The position numbers were made by a program, and so were the translations under genes. Shown in pieces: positions 26,236 through 39,960 of a DNA stretch of 64,000 nucleotides. Within the stretch, counting starts at the first letter, position 1, and every line of letters begins with the position of its first letter. The stretch is taken from assembly GCA_038087875.1 (NCBI GenBank), contig CM075989.1, positions 8,744,001 to 8,808,000 of the forward strand. The letters run 5' to 3'. This DNA is from Malacoraja senta (lineage: Eukaryota). Below the pieces are notes generated by a model. It had not been told where the DNA came from. It was given only the letters and a program-made list of their open reading frames with translations, and did no database searches.

Positions 26236-28283
26236 CTGGAAAAAAAGATGGGAGATAAAAAGCAACTTTGCATCCCACCCCCTCCGAAACGCCTCAAATC
26301 TCAAAACCATCTCCGCAAGATGCCCCAATACTTAATACAGGTAAAAGGTAACAGGCAATTTATACAACGAAAGATATCCCTGAGAGTAAGCTGGCGAGGG
26401 TATCCCATTAGAGTAAGCTGCTGAGTGTTTGGTGATCTTGGCTGAGGGATGAAGGAACTTTGCGGGAGAGTTCTCCTTCATAGTAAGAAAGAGTGCTGTT
26501 TCTCAAACAGCCCTGGCTGGCCAAGTTACTAAGGAAACTGGAGCGTCCAGAAGAAAGTCACAGGGAGAACGTGCAAACTCCACACTGTCAGCACCCGAGG
26601 TCAGATTTGAACCCAAGACTCCGGCGCTGTGCGGCAGCAGCTCTACCAATTGTGCCACTGTGCCGCCTTCATAAGGTGAGTTTTCAGCAGAACATTAAAG
26701 AATAACAAACACTTTGGTTTGCTAGTTATAGAAATAACAGCCATTGTCTGTTTGAGGGCCGTTGATGAACCCAGGTAACCAATGGTGGGTGTATGGGGGT
26801 GGGGCAATCTAGAGCAAGGTCATGGAACTAAACCCTTACAATTATGTCCAACCAGAAACCAAAACCCTTGGCCTATGACCTTGGTATCATGTGGTCAGTG
26901 GTAAGTAGCAAGCATCATATGTAAGCTTAGTGCTCACAGCAGTGAGTATCGTGTAAGATAGGTTGGCATTGTGTAGCCATGTGTGGGCTGCATCATGCAG
27001 AAAGCAATGGCCTGGGCCCTGAGTCAATGATAAAGACAGCTCCTCACTAAAGGTTTACTGAAGTCCGCTGGATGGCTTTCCCATGATTTGAATCCTCTGT
27101 TTAAGTGGAATCCCTGATGCCCAGCATCATGATGTCATCGAGTTGACTGAGCAAGAGAAAGTCAAGAGTCCGCAGTGTTTAACTGTCAAATGTGCCGACA
27201 AATGGAACGATTAAATTCTTACTTGCAGCAGCTCATCAGGCCTGTAAACACAATTTGTGTAGATAATACGACATAAACCAAAAAATTAATGACTCCCACA
27301 CTGGTGCAGAAAATACTCAAAGTCCTTAGTTCAACCAAAGACAGTCAATAGACAATAGGTGCAGGAGTAGGCCATTCGGCCCTTCGAGCCAGCACTGCCA
27401 TTCAATGTGATCATGGCTGATCATCCCCAATCAGTACCCCGTTCCTGCCTTCTCCCCATATCCCCTGACTCCGCTATCTTTAAGAGCCCTATCAAGCTCT
27501 CTCTTGAACGTATCCAGAGAACCTGCCTCCACCGCCCTAGGAGGCAGAGAATTCCACAGACTCACCACTCTCTGTGAGAAAAAGTGTTTCCTCGTCTCCG
27601 TTCTAAATGGCTTACTCCTTATTCTTGATCCATAGATCATATGTAGAAACAAGGAACTGCAGATGCTGGTTGACCAAAAAAAAAAGAACGCAAATGCTGG
27701 AGTAACTCAGCAGGTCAGGCAGCATCTCTGGAGATCCATGGATAGGTGACGTTTAGGGTCTGGACCCTTCTTCAGACTGTGGGTAAAGGGAGTTGAGAAG
27801 TCAAAAAAGGTCCAGAGAAGGTAGAAGGCCAGCAGGGGGAGTCCAAGAGGAGGAGGAATGATGGAGATGGGTGAAGGACATGTTGTTGAGGTGTGGGTTG
27901 TGTTTTGTTCAAGAGCCTGATAGTTGTTGGGAAGCAGCAGCCAACCACACAGAAGAATTCTCAGTCAATTATCAGCAAATATATGAAATATTTGACCGTG
28001 CTGATAAAATTTGGACCAAACACATAAAAAGCAAAAGTTCCATTATTTAAAAAAATATGATTATAATTTAAAAAATCATTCTAACTTTGAAACGTTCATC
28101 TAAGGTAATTAAAATCCAAGGACTCAAAACAGTTATTTTTGGGTCAGGGAGTATATTTATGATTTGCTGCTCAGGTGCATTGGGATTACACACACAGGAT
28201 AATGCTGCCATTTCAGTCGATTTCACAACAGGAAATCTGAGAGTCGCAGCCTTGGTCCTGGAGGCTTGTCTGACCGCACTGAC

Positions 28284-28400
28284 CTGATCCCAGAGGGCAA
28301 TCTGCCTGGTGTTCCACCTGGACACTCCTGTGGTCAGCAACCTCTTCGAGTTCCCCAGGATCACAACGCGGTTGACTTTGTGACTCTTGCAGCTGGCTTC
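28284..28400 (-). CDS. CORO2B: CORO2B coding exon (EASCKSHKVNRVVILG...RQIALWDQ)
   Basis: cag| acceptor and |gtcagt donor; 117 bp. Confidence 0.95.
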
Positions 28401-31400
28401 CTGCAGGGAACGAATAGATCGAATCTTGTAATGTGTAAGAAGGAACCACAGGATTATAGAAACTTTCTCCACGAGCACTCCAGGCACTCCATTTTGTTTG
28501 TCCTTGCTCAAAGAGAGCTTTGCAATCTGATCTTTTCATTCCTAGCCTCACTGGTACTTTATAGACATTGGCTTTCTTGTCACGTAGCAAGGAACTGCAG
28601 ACGCTGGTTTACACTGAAGATAGACACAAAGTGCTGGAGTAACTCAACGGGTTAGGCAGGTACAGTAGGAAGGAACTGCAGATGCTGATTTACACTGAGG
28701 ATGGACACAAAGTGCTGGAGTAACTCAGCTGGTCAGGCAGCATCTTTGGAGAAGAAGGATGGGTGACGTTTCGGTTTGGAAACCTTCTTCAGAGTCTGAG
28801 AGTTACAACCCAAAACATCACCCATCCTTTTTCTCCAGAGATGCTGCCTGACCCGCTGTTACTCCAGCACTTTGTGTCTTATCTTCAATTCTTGTTATGT
28901 TGCAAACTGCCCTGGACCAAAGACTCTCTTTTAACACTCACACTTGTTCTCAGAGTAGGAGAATCGAGAACCAGAGTAGGGGATATGAGAACCAGAGGAC
29001 ATAGGTTTAATGTGTTAAAGAAGGAACTGCAGATGCTGGAAAATCGAAGGTACACAAAAATGCTGGAGAAACTCAGCGGGTGCAGCAGCATCTATGGAGC
29101 GAAGGAAATAGGTAACGGGAAACGTCTGAAGAAGGGTTTCGGCCCGAAACGTTACCTATTTCCTTCGCTCCATAGATGCTGCTGCACCCGCTGAGTTTCT
29201 CCAGCATTTTTGTGGACATAGGTTTAAGTTGAGGGGGGAAAGATTTAATAGGAACTCGAGGGGTAGCTTTTTTTAAAGTAAGGGTGGTGGGTGTATGGAA
29301 CGAACTGGGAGGAGGTAGTTGAGGCAGGTACTATGACAATGTTTGAGAAACATTTAGACAGGTACATGGATAGGATAAGTTTAGAGGGTTATGGACCAAA
29401 CACAGGCAGGTGGGACATAGTGTAGATGGGATGTTGGTCGATGTGGACCATTGGGCCGAAGGGCCTGTGCAACTCTGACTCTATTTTCCATGACCCTTTT
29501 ATTTTATTTTCCGCTTAAGTGCAGAATTTCTTCCTTTAAATCACCGGTGAGGCAAACTCAGCCCTTGATTCTCCATATTTACCATTCACACACAAGCAAA
29601 ATGTTGCCAAACCTGCAATAATTCATTGCGCAGTTAATTTCATGAAGAGAATTTTGACGTGCTCCATGTTTACTTGAGCCCCCAGTTCATTCCTCCCATC
29701 CCACCTCTCCCCAAAGATGTTAAGCTGTACATAACAGATCAAGGAGAGGTGGGGAGAGTGGAACTACCGCAGGTTTCCCCTCTGTCAATTCCGCCTGTGC
29801 CCGCCAGTGAGTGGGGTGGTCTGGTCTGATTTTGTCCTCCCTGGTATTGCCCACACTGTCCAGCAGAGGACACCGGAGAGCCTGCAGAAGTAGACACTGC
29901 TTCACAGACTGTCCCGGCTAAAGGCATTGTATTTTACTTGCGTTCCTGTGACCTGTTGCGACCACAGTTTCGTAGGAAAGAACTGCAGATGCTGGTTTGA
30001 ATCGAAGGTAGACACAAAATGCTGGAGTAACTCAGCGGGACAGGCAGCATCTCTGGAGAGAAGGACTGGTTCGAGACCCTTCTTCAGACTGCCTGTCCCG
30101 CTGAGTTACTCCAGCATTTTGTGTCTACCTTCGGTCAAAGCTTCTGCAGATTAGTGATAGGCCTGGATAGAGTGGGTGCGGAGAAGATGTTTCCACTAGT
30201 GGGGGTGTCTAGGATCAGTAGGCGCAGCGCAGAATAAAAGGACGTTCTTTTAGAAAGGAGATGAGGAGGAATTTCTTTAGCCAGAGGGTGGTGAATCTGT
30301 GGAATTCATTGCCACAGACAGCTTTGGAGGGAATGTCATTGGTATTTTTAAGGCGGAGATTGACAGATTCTCGATTAGTTCGGGTGTCAGGGGTTATGGG
30401 GAGAAGGCAGGAGAATGGGGTTGAGAGGGAGAGACAGATCGGCCATGATTGAATGGCGGAGTAGACCTGATGGGCTGAATGGCCTAATTCTATCCAATAA
30501 CTGATGAACATGAGCTTATTACTGAACCAAGGAATTTTCTGCAGTGGGGTGGGGGGGGGAGTGCATCTTGTGGACCTGCGAGGTTGAGGAACTGTATTGA
30601 CGTGACTGAATTCACTATCTGATCTGAATCCAACATAGAGGGAAGCTAAGGTAGACAAAAATGCTGGAGCAACTCAGCAGGTGAGGCAGCATCTATGGAG
30701 CGAAGGAAATAGGCAACGTTTCGGGTCGAAACCCTTCTTCAGACTCCAGGTATGGACGTTCTCTAACTTCAAGTTGCCCTTGCTTTCCCTCCGTCTCCAT
30801 CCCCTCTCCCTTCCCAGTTCTCCCACCAGTCCTGCTGTCTCCGACTACATTCTATCTCCGTCCTGCCCACTCCCCTGACAGGGGAGGGTCCCGACCCGAA
30901 ACGTTACCCATTCCCTCTCTCCAGGGATGCTGCCTGTCCCGCTGAGTTACTCCAACATTTTGTGTCTACCTTCGATTTCAACCAGCATCTGCAGTTCTTT
31001 CCTACAGAGTTGAAGTCCACCCTAGTAAGCAATAATGTGGTGGCGTTGATCAGGCAGGTGTTAAAACTTAGTTAAAACTGTTAAATGTGTGGCTACACTT
31101 GAATGGACAAACTCTGCTTGAAGTGAGTTTAATCCATTGCCTAGCAGATCGACACAGAAAGCAGTCAATGTTGAGCAAGGTTGGCAGATGCTATTTCCAT
31201 GCATCATCTGTGGGTCTGCATCAGTTCCCTCGTCTCCCTGTGTTCACTTCAAGTTGCTGTCTGACATATAGACAATATTCACTGTTCTCATCACTGTCAG
31301 CTCAGCAACAAATTCTGCTCCAATGGTTTCCTCATTTAAATACCCCCATCTGCTGTTGATGTCGTGACTCTAGCTAAAGTACACACAGATATACACGTAA

Positions 31401-31549
31401 GTTATAAAACGTGACACAGAATTGGGGCAATATCATTGTGGTCCGATGTTCAACCCACTGTCTACCCAATTCTTAGGGCATGGGACAGTTCAGCACAGGA
31501 ACGGGATCTTTGACCTGCCAAGCCTGCTCCAACTGTGATGGCAATCTAA

Positions 31550-31860
31550 AGGCCCTGTCCCACTTTCCCGAGTTACTCACGAACGCACCCGAGGTTTTCC
31601 CCTTGATTCGGACTCGGGGAATTACGGTAATAGCCATTCGTGGGTACTCGGGGCTATTTTTTTAAACTCGTGGACATGTTGAAAAAATGTCCCGACTTAC
31701 CTGATGCCCCGAGTTCCTACGGCTGGCATTACGAGCCGCTACGAAACATCTACGGACTCCTACGGGCTCGCTACCGACATTACTCGACATTCCCCGTGTT
31801 CGAATCAAGGGGAAAACTCGGGAGAGTGCGTGAGTAACTCGGGAAAGTGGGACAGGGCCT
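31550..31860. mobile_element. PIF/Harbinger-type MITE
   Basis: TIR AGGCCCTGTCCCACTTTCCCGAGTTACTCACG; interior related to 40079-40425. Confidence 0.8.
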
Positions 31861-32827
31861 GAAGTTATGCCTGCACATGGTCTGATTCCCTCTATTCCCT
31901 GCCTGTTTATGTGCCTGACTATAAACCTCGAACGCTGCTATTGTTTCTGCTTCTACCTTCTCCCCAGAAGTGCGTTCCAGTCGCATGCTACTCTCTGCTT
32001 ATAAAACTTGCCTTGCAAATCTCCTTTAAAAATTTCCCCTTTCACCTTAAACCAATACCTTGTAGTATTTAACATTTCCACCCCGGTGACTATCTATTCT
32101 ATCCGTGCCTCTCATAATTTTATAAACATCTATCAGCCTCAGCCTCCCACATCCCAAAGAAAATAATCCAAGTTTGTCCAACCTCCTTGTAGCTAATATG
32201 CTCCAATCTCTTCTCCACCCTCTCCAAAAGTGTTCACTTTCTTGACCATTCTGTCCACTTGTGTGGCCACTTTCAGGGAGCTGTGGACTCACCTAAGGGC
32301 CCTCTTAACATCAATGCTGCTCAGAGTTCTGCCATTTACTCTACACTCTCCTTTTGCATTTTAAACCAAATTACAAATCCTCAAACCTATCTGAATTAAA
32401 CTCCACTTGCCTTTTTGCCGCCCAAATTACCAACTATTGATTTAAAGATACAGCTTTGAAACAGGCCCTTCAGCCCACCGAGTCAATGCTGACCATCGAT
32501 CACTGCGCACACTAGTTCTACACTATTCCAATTTCCCATCCACTCCCTACACACTCGGGGCAATTTACAGACGTCAATTAACCTACAAACCCGCACTTCT
32601 TAGGGATGCGGGAAGTAACCGGAGCACCGGGGAAGAAAGTGCTAATGCCATGCAGACAGCACCCGAGGTCAGGATCGAACCCGGGTCTCTGCTGCTGTGA
32701 GGCAGCAACTCTACAAGCTGCGCTGTTCAGCGTTGTATCCTTTGACAATCTTCCTCGCTACTCACATCTCCATCAATTTCCATATCATCTGCAAACTTAC
32801 TAAAACTTTATATGAGGAAACTCATAA

Positions 32828-33336
32828 AGGGGCTGTCCCACTGCGGCAACCTAATTGGCGAGTTTAGAAGAGTTTAGGAGAGTTTGAAAAAATGTCATGT
32901 TGAAGACCTCCTTCGACTATGTTGAAGACTAGCTTCGACTAGCTACGGGAAAATTGGACACCGAATAGTGGAGAGTGAAGACGACCTCCTTCGATCTCCT
33001 TCGACCTCCCTTCGACTATGATGAAGACTATCTACGACTACCTTCGACTACCTTCGACTCCCCTCGATTACCTAAGAATAACATGATAACCTACTACGAC
33101 CTACTATGACCTACTTCGACTAAACTTACGAGTAAAAAAAGTATCAATTTTTCCATGGCGACCTTTTTTTACTCGCCGCGACCTAGCTGAGGCCTCGAGT
33201 ACGCGGGGACTACTCTCGAGCATGAAGGAGAGTTACGAAGACCTCCTAGGACCTCGTGTCGACCATGCTGCGAGTATGAGTCGAGGGCAAACTCGCCCGA
33301 ACTCGTGGATTAGGTCGCCCAAGTGGGACAGCCCCT
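32828..33336. mobile_element. PIF/Harbinger-type MITE
   Basis: TIR AGGGGCTGTCCCACT; TSD TAA/TAA; iterated (T/A)CGAC motifs. Confidence 0.82.
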
Positions 33337-33864
33337 TAACTTCTGCCCTAAAGTAGGTCATGTAGGTTTCTCTGTCTAATATCAAACTTTGGGTAAGTTC
33401 TTACAGACAGCACAGTTTAACAAGTTCGCACGTCTTGTATTTCAAGGAGAATATATGTCCTGAGGTGAGACTGACAATGGACATGCATCATTCATGGATA
33501 ACTGAGAAGCTCAACAAATGTTTAAATTATTTAACCCTCTGCCAGAATTCAACGTCATCAAGAGTGACGTGCGTGTGTTCACCATCGATGACCAGCTTCA
33601 CCTGACCAGCCTGGGAACATTTCTCAAGAGCTGTGCTGGCCCTGGGTCCACGCCCCTGTACCTCACTGCCCTGCAAGCTGGTTGTACTTTACTTGAGGCA
33701 GCAGCCAAGCATCCACTATTGTTCTAGTGTATTGTTGGTACTAGGTTTCTGGTACTAGTTCAGTTTAGTTTAGTGATACAGTACAGTGCGGAAAACAGGC
33801 CCTTCGGCCCATCGAATCTGCGCCAACCAACGATCGTAGTCAGGGTTGAACCCGGGCGTTGTAA

Positions 33865-34256
33865 AGGGCCTGTCCCACTTAGCAGACCTAAACAGCAATC
33901 TCTGGTGACCTTGCCCGCCACCCAAGGTTTCCATGAGGTCACAAGAGGTTTTGGTCACTCTCCCTAATGGTCGAAAGTGGTTTCCGCGGTGGTCGACGCT
34001 TCATCTAGGTTGCTGCTATTTTTTCATCATGATTAAAACCGGCCTCGACTAAAAATAGGTTGCCGTTTTAAAAATCGATCATTTTTTAGCCGCAGGTCTA
34101 GTCGAAGCCGGTTTTCTTCATAGTCGAGGAAGGTTTTCAACATATGCGTGGGAGGTGGTAGGAGGTTGCAGGTCATCTCGACCGTGATTTTTCTTTGGGT
34201 GGCGGGCAAGGTCCACCAGACGTTGCTGTTTAGGTCTCCTAAGTGGGACAGGCCCT
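33865..34256. mobile_element. PIF/Harbinger-type MITE nested in an HE1-like SINE
   Basis: ~60-bp inverted arms; flanks TAA/TTA; splits the SINE motif gtaa|g(g)cagcaactc. Confidence 0.8.
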
Positions 34257-35151
34257 TTAGTCAGCAACTCCACCGCTGCGCCACCATGCCGCACAACATT
34301 TAAAAATGGATCTTAAATCACAACGTTTAAGAAGCATTTACACAGGTACATGGATAGGAATAGGTTTGGAGGGATATGGGCTAAATGCAGGCAGGTGGGA
34401 CTAGTGTAGATGGGGCATGTTTGTCGGTGTGGGCTAGTTGGACTGAAGGGCCTGATTTCACGCTGCATCACTCTATGACTCTATATTGGACCTCCACAAC
34501 CCCTCTTCAATATCTCTGGCTTCTGGACGTCCTGGTCTGAATCTCTGCTGCCACCCCTTTCTGATCCAGCATCAATTGTCATCCCTACATTCCCTCTCTC
34601 CCTATCCCTCCTCCACTAGCTTCCCATTTTCACCCAACAAACAGCTACCGATGGCCTGTTTCTTTTAACATTGTTACTTTTTTGCATATCTTTCATTCAT
34701 TGTTCTTTATCTCTCTACATCACCGTCTATATCCCTCGCTTCCCTTTCCCGTGACTTTCAGTCTGAAGAAGGGTCTCGACCCGAAACGTCACCCATTCCT
34801 TCTCTCCAGAGATGCTGCCTGTCCCGCTGAGTTACTCCAGCTTATTGTGTCTATCGTCACCATTCCCTGTATCTTTACTCTCACCACAGTGACTCTCACA
34901 TGCTGCGAGATCCATGGAACATATTCCTGGCCATCCCACCACATTATCAAATACAATGGGAAACTATCCCATGGCATTTATTGTGATTTTTCCTTTAACA
35001 CCGAAATGGGAAATGGTGGGAGCACTCCAGCTTCCTACTGCCTTTGTGGTCTGCCACAAGGAACTCCACGGCAACACCACTGCCTCGAACTGACATCTTG
35101 CCAGGAGCGAGCAGGGACACGGCAAATCTCGGGAGGGGAGGGATCATTTAC

Positions 35152-35316
35152 TTGTAGCACTTTGCCGGATCTTGGCTCGATGACCCTCAGCTTCTTGTCC
35201 TTGCAGGTGGTGGCGAAGAGGCTGCCGTCGGTGTTGAAGGACATGCAGAGGACCACGTCGGTGTGACAGTCAATCATCTTCACCGGCTCACCGCTGTCCA
35301 GGTTCCAGATCAGGAT
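35152..35316 (-). CDS. CORO2B: CORO2B coding exon (ILIWNLDSGEPVKMIDCH...RSGKVLQ)
   Basis: WD40 repeat; cag| acceptor and |gtaaat donor; 165 bp. Confidence 0.95.
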
Positions 35317-36274
35317 CTGAGAGGATCAAATAGTAACAGCGTTAGAGGGCGGCGCTGCCGACGTACAGCGACGCGGGAGCTTCGATCGCCCCAACCGCGG
35401 ATGGCTCGACTTCCCCCGACCGCTGGAGAAAAGGATGAAAGAAGGTCAGACTTTATTGCCTTCCATCACAGTGGGAAACGTGGAGGAGCCGCTGTGGTGG
35501 ATGTTTATGTCAAATCTTTATGTAGTTGTGTGTCTTGTTGCTGTTTTGTTATGACTGTATGGCAAAATCAAATTCCTTGTATGTTATAGACAATAGACAA
35601 TAGACAATAGGTGCAGGAGTAGGCCATTCAGCCCTTCGAGCCAGCACCGCCATTCAATGTGATCATGGCTGATCATCTACAATCAGTACCCCGTTCCTGC
35701 CTTCTCCCCATATCCCCTGACTCCGCTATTTTTAAGAGCCCCATCTAGCTCTCTCTTGAAAGCATCCAGAGAACCCGCCTCCACCGCCCTCTGAGGCAGA
35801 GAATTCCACAGACTTACCGCTCTCTGTGAGACAAAGTGTTTCCTCGTCTCCGTTCTAAATGGCTTACTCCTTATTCTTAAACTGTGGCCCCTGGTTACTC
35901 CAGCTTTTTGTGTCTATCTTTGGTTTAATCCAGCATCTGCAGTTCCTTCCTACACATTCCCTTATCATGTATCCATACACTGTGAATGGCACGATTGTAA
36001 TCATGTATTGTCTTTTCCGCCGACTGGTTAGCACGCAACAAAAAGCTTTTCACTGTACCTCGGTACACGTGACTATGAACTAAACTGAAACTGAAACTTC
36101 AGGTCAGGCAGCATCTGTGAAGGGAGAAGGACAGGCGGTATTTAACGTTGTGTGTCCTCTTCCTCCTGCTGAGTTCCTCCAGCACTTGGTTTATCGCTCA
36201 GGGTGGCAGCGTCTGCAGCCGCCTGTGCCTCCGTTCTGCTAAACAGTAGCCGGGGGGGGGAGGGGCTTTCTCAC

Positions 36275-36424
36275 CTTGTAATCGTAGCCCGCGCTGAATA
36301 AGATGTTGTTGGTCGTGGGGTGCCACTCGATGAGACCAACGCGCCGACTGTGTCCGTACAACTCCAGGACCGCCTCGGACATGTTCCTCTTCAGACCGCC
36401 ATCCGGGATCTCCCACAGTCTCAC
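36275..36424 (-). CDS. CORO2B: CORO2B coding exon (VRLWEIPDGG...FSAGYDYK)
   Basis: WD40 GH...W-HP motif; cag| acceptor and |gtgaga donor; 150 bp. Confidence 0.95.
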
Positions 36425-36949
36425 CTGGAATCAACAAAGGGAATAATAATAATAATAATAATAATGGATTTTTATTTACGGGCGCCTTATACCGAGGTCT
36501 CAAGGACACCATACAGAGATTTATAGAAAACATATAATCAGAATTTAAAAAAAAAAAGGTTATAAAGACCAATACATAAATCAGGGACCGAATTCCTTCC
36601 AAAAACACAAAAAAAAGAAAATCAGAAGCACGGCGGGCTGGGTTCAACATGACTAGATTCGTGGCTGGCACAGTGGCGCAGCGGTAGAGTTGCTGCCTCG
36701 CAGCGCCAGAGACCTGTGTTCGATCCTGACTACGGGTGCTGTCTGTACGGAGTTTGCACCTGCGCGGGTTTGCTCCGGGTGCTCCGGTTTCCTCCCACAC
36801 TCCAAAGACGTACAGGTTTGTCGGCTAATTGGCTTCAGTAGAATTTTAAATTGTCCCCAGTGTGTGTAGGATGGTGCTAGTGTACGGGGGAGATTGCTTG
36901 TTGGTGTGGACTTGGTCGGCCGAAGGGCCTATTTCCATGCTGTATGTCG

Positions 36950-37535
36950 GAAGTCTCAAGTAAAGTTGGAACTTTGGAAGAGGGTAATTCTTCTCTAACC
37001 AAAGATCGGGAGCGAGGGGCTGAAATGCAGCCAACACTTGAGGAGCAGGTTGCTCAGGATACTCAAACAGGGGCTGCAACCTCTCACAGCCCATGCACAC
37101 ATGGTACGCAGGCTATTCCAGGCCGCAGAAGTCTGGAAAGATTGCCGGGGTCCCTGTTTAAAAGATGAGAGACGAGGGGGTTGCCATTGCAGGGAAGACC
37201 ATCTGGGAAAGGGGTGGATTGAGCAGCAAGGGATGAGTGAACCGAGGCGTTGTGGAGGAGCAGTCTCTGCAGATAGCGGAAAGAGGTGGGGACGGGAAGA
37301 CGTGGCTGGTGGTGGGATCACGTTGAAGGTGGCAGAAGTGTCAGAGTATGATGTGCTGGATTCATTGTGTGATGGGGTGAATAGGTGAGGACCAGGACAA
37401 CTCTGTCCTTGTTCCATCTGGGGAGGGGGGGGGTGGTGGAGGGGGAGGGGAGTGAGAGCAGAACTGCGGGACACAGAGGAGATGTGGGTGGGGAGATCCA
37501 CCCATAACAGCCATCTCACGGAGGAGAGCTTTGGA
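36950..37535 (-). mobile_element. Degraded Penelope-like ORF fragment (RT-to-GIY-YIG linker region)
   Basis: Frameshifted peptides resembling the PLE HP...HIILRHFRHLQRDPTT...GP..SF segment. Confidence 0.55.
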
Positions 37536-38117
37536 TGTCCAGTCCGTGGAGATTACACATTGGGGGTCAACCCGCTGAGAAAGGAGAGGGTTCACACAGA
37601 GCAAGGGGTTAAGGGAGCCATGTTGTTACTTGTGGGCAGAGCACCAAGGCAAATTCCTTGTATGTGAATACTTGGCCAAAAAACTTACTTACTTACTTAT
37701 TTCATGAGAGACATCCATTGAAATATTACAGAGAGGTTGGTAGCCAAGCAGAATCTTTGATTGGACAAGGAATACATTATTTACCTCATCACCAGGTTCA
37801 TGTCACATTAACATCCAACCAGGAGGAAACCAATGGCAAGCAAGACTCAGGTCCAGCCTGATCTCCCAGCTTCCCATCTACATCCCAGGAGAGCCACAAG
37901 CAGATGGGAAATAGTCCATGCAAGGAACATTGTTTGGTTCATTGATGAGGGGGATTTAAAACAAAATATATGAACAGTGAGGCAAACATTCACTTTATGT
38001 TCATTTACCGCCGCTCTCTGATTGGGCAGCCAATCAGCGGCAAATGTAGCCAATCAATGTGGTCAACCAATGACCAAAGAGTTTCTGTTATCTCCCTGTT
38101 CCTTGCTACTGACCACA

Positions 38118-38910
38118 AGAGAGAGAGAGAGACAGAGAGAGATGGAGAGAAAGAGAGAGAGAGGGAGGGAGAGAGAATGGAGAGAGAGAGAGGAGAGAGA
38201 GAGATGGAGAGGAGAGATGGAGAGAGAGAGATGGAGAGAGAGAGATGGAGAGAGAGAGATGGAGAGATGGAGAGAGAGATGGAGAGAGAGAGAGATGGAG
38301 AGAGAGAGATGGAGAGAGAGAGATGGAGAGAGAGAGATGGAGAGAGAGAGATGGAGAGATGGAGAGAGAGATGGAGAGAGAGAGAGATGGAGAGAGAGAG
38401 ATGGAGAGAGAGGGAGAGAGAGATGGAGAGAGAGATGGAGAGAGAGATGGAGAGATGGAGAGAGATGGAGAGAGAGAGATGGAGAGAGAGAGATGGAGAG
38501 AGAGGGAGAGAGAGATGGAGAGAGAGATGGAGAGAGAGAGGGAGAGAGAATGGAGAGAGAGAGGAGAGAGATGGAGAGGGAGAGATGGAGAGAGAGAGAT
38601 GGAGAGAGAGAGAGATGGAGAGAGAGAGATGGAGAGAGAGATAGAGAGAGGGAGATAGAGAGATGGAAAGAGAGAGAATGGAGAGAGAGAGAGAGAAAGA
38701 GATGGAGAGAGAGAGAGAGAGAGATAGATGGATAGAGAGGGAGAGAGATGGAGAGAGAGAGATGGAGAGAGGGAGAGGGAGAGAGAGAGAGATGGAGAGG
38801 GAGAGAGAGAGGGAGAGTGAGAGAGAGGAGAGAGAGAGGGAAGAGAGATGGGGAGAGATGGAGAGAGAAGATGGGGAGAGATGAGGAGGGAGAGAGGAGG
38901 AGAGATAGAT

Positions 38911-38963
<53 letters not shown>

Positions 38964-39046
38964 AGAGAGAGAGAGAGAGAGGGGGAGAGAGAGATGGAGA
39001 GAGAGATGGAGAGAAGAGAGGGAGAGAGAGAGAGAGAGATGGAGAG
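38118..39046. repeat. ~930-bp (GA)n/GATGGA polypurine array
   Basis: Direct inspection. Confidence 0.95.
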
Positions 39047-39363
39047 ACCATACGTACATACATGGACATTTTTGAAAAGAATAACATTGTGTTTGTGTAG
39101 GAGTGTCCGTACGTGATGCGATCTGTCTGCATATAGAGAGAGAGAGAGCAGTGTTTTACGTAAACAGAGAGAGAAAAATACTGCACAACGTGACTGGAAA
39201 ATATAGAGAGATGGGAAACTAATTGTGAGGAGTGATAGAGGGGGAGAAAGAAATAAGGAGAATATACAGCATGGGAAAGTTTAAAAGATAAAGAGAGAGA
39301 AGAAGATAGAGTTTGCAAATGCTAATGTGATCCAGATGTACATTAAAGGACAAGGTTACTCAC

Positions 39364-39480
39364 AGATGCGTCTTCGGAACAGGAAGCTACAATGTTGTCC
39401 ACAAAGGGGTTCCATTTAATGTCCAGCACGTTTCCCTGGTGACCACAGATTTTGGGGTAAAGTGGATCGATCCGTCCTAT
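39364..39480 (-). CDS. CORO2B: CORO2B coding exon (IGRIDPLYPKICGHQGNVLDIKWNPFVDNIVASCSEDAS)
   Basis: Translated by hand; cag| acceptor after a long CT tract, |gtgagt donor; 117 bp. Confidence 0.95.
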
Positions 39481-39482
39481 CT

Positions 39483-39960
39483 GAGAGAGAGAGAGAGAGA
39501 GAGAGGGCAGAAAGTACAGAGGAGAGAGTGGGGAGGGCAGGGAGGAAAGAGAGGAGGCCAGAGGGGAGAGAACAGGGAGGGGAGAAGAGAGAGGCGAGGG
39601 GAGAGGAAAGAGGAGAAGGGAGAGACGGAATGCCAGAGGGGAATGTGGAGAGAGAGAGAGAGAGAGAGAGGGATGGTAGAACAGAGAGGGGAGGGGAGGG
39701 AGGAGTGAGGGGGAAGAGCAAAGGGAACAGGGGAGAGAGGAGAAGGGGGATGGTAGAGGGAAAATGACAGAGAAGAGAGGGGAGAGTGGAGATAGGGCAA
39801 GGGGGAGGGGGAGTGAACAGAGGGGAGGAAGGAGGGGGAGAGGGGGAGGGTTGAGAAGGAAGGAGAGGTGGGATTCGAGAGAGGGAAGAGGGGAAAGGGA
39901 AAGTGAGGGAGTGAGGAGGGGGCAGGGGGGGGGAGAGGGAAAGAGGAGAAGGTGAGAGGA
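39483..39960. repeat. Polypurine (+) / polypyrimidine (transcript) low-complexity tract
   Basis: Direct inspection; similar tract at 41055-41325. Confidence 0.9.

Noticed and set aside
38005..39318. Long ORFs (437, 317, 237, 224 aa)
   Set aside because: Translations of GA/CT low-complexity repeats with no protein signature.
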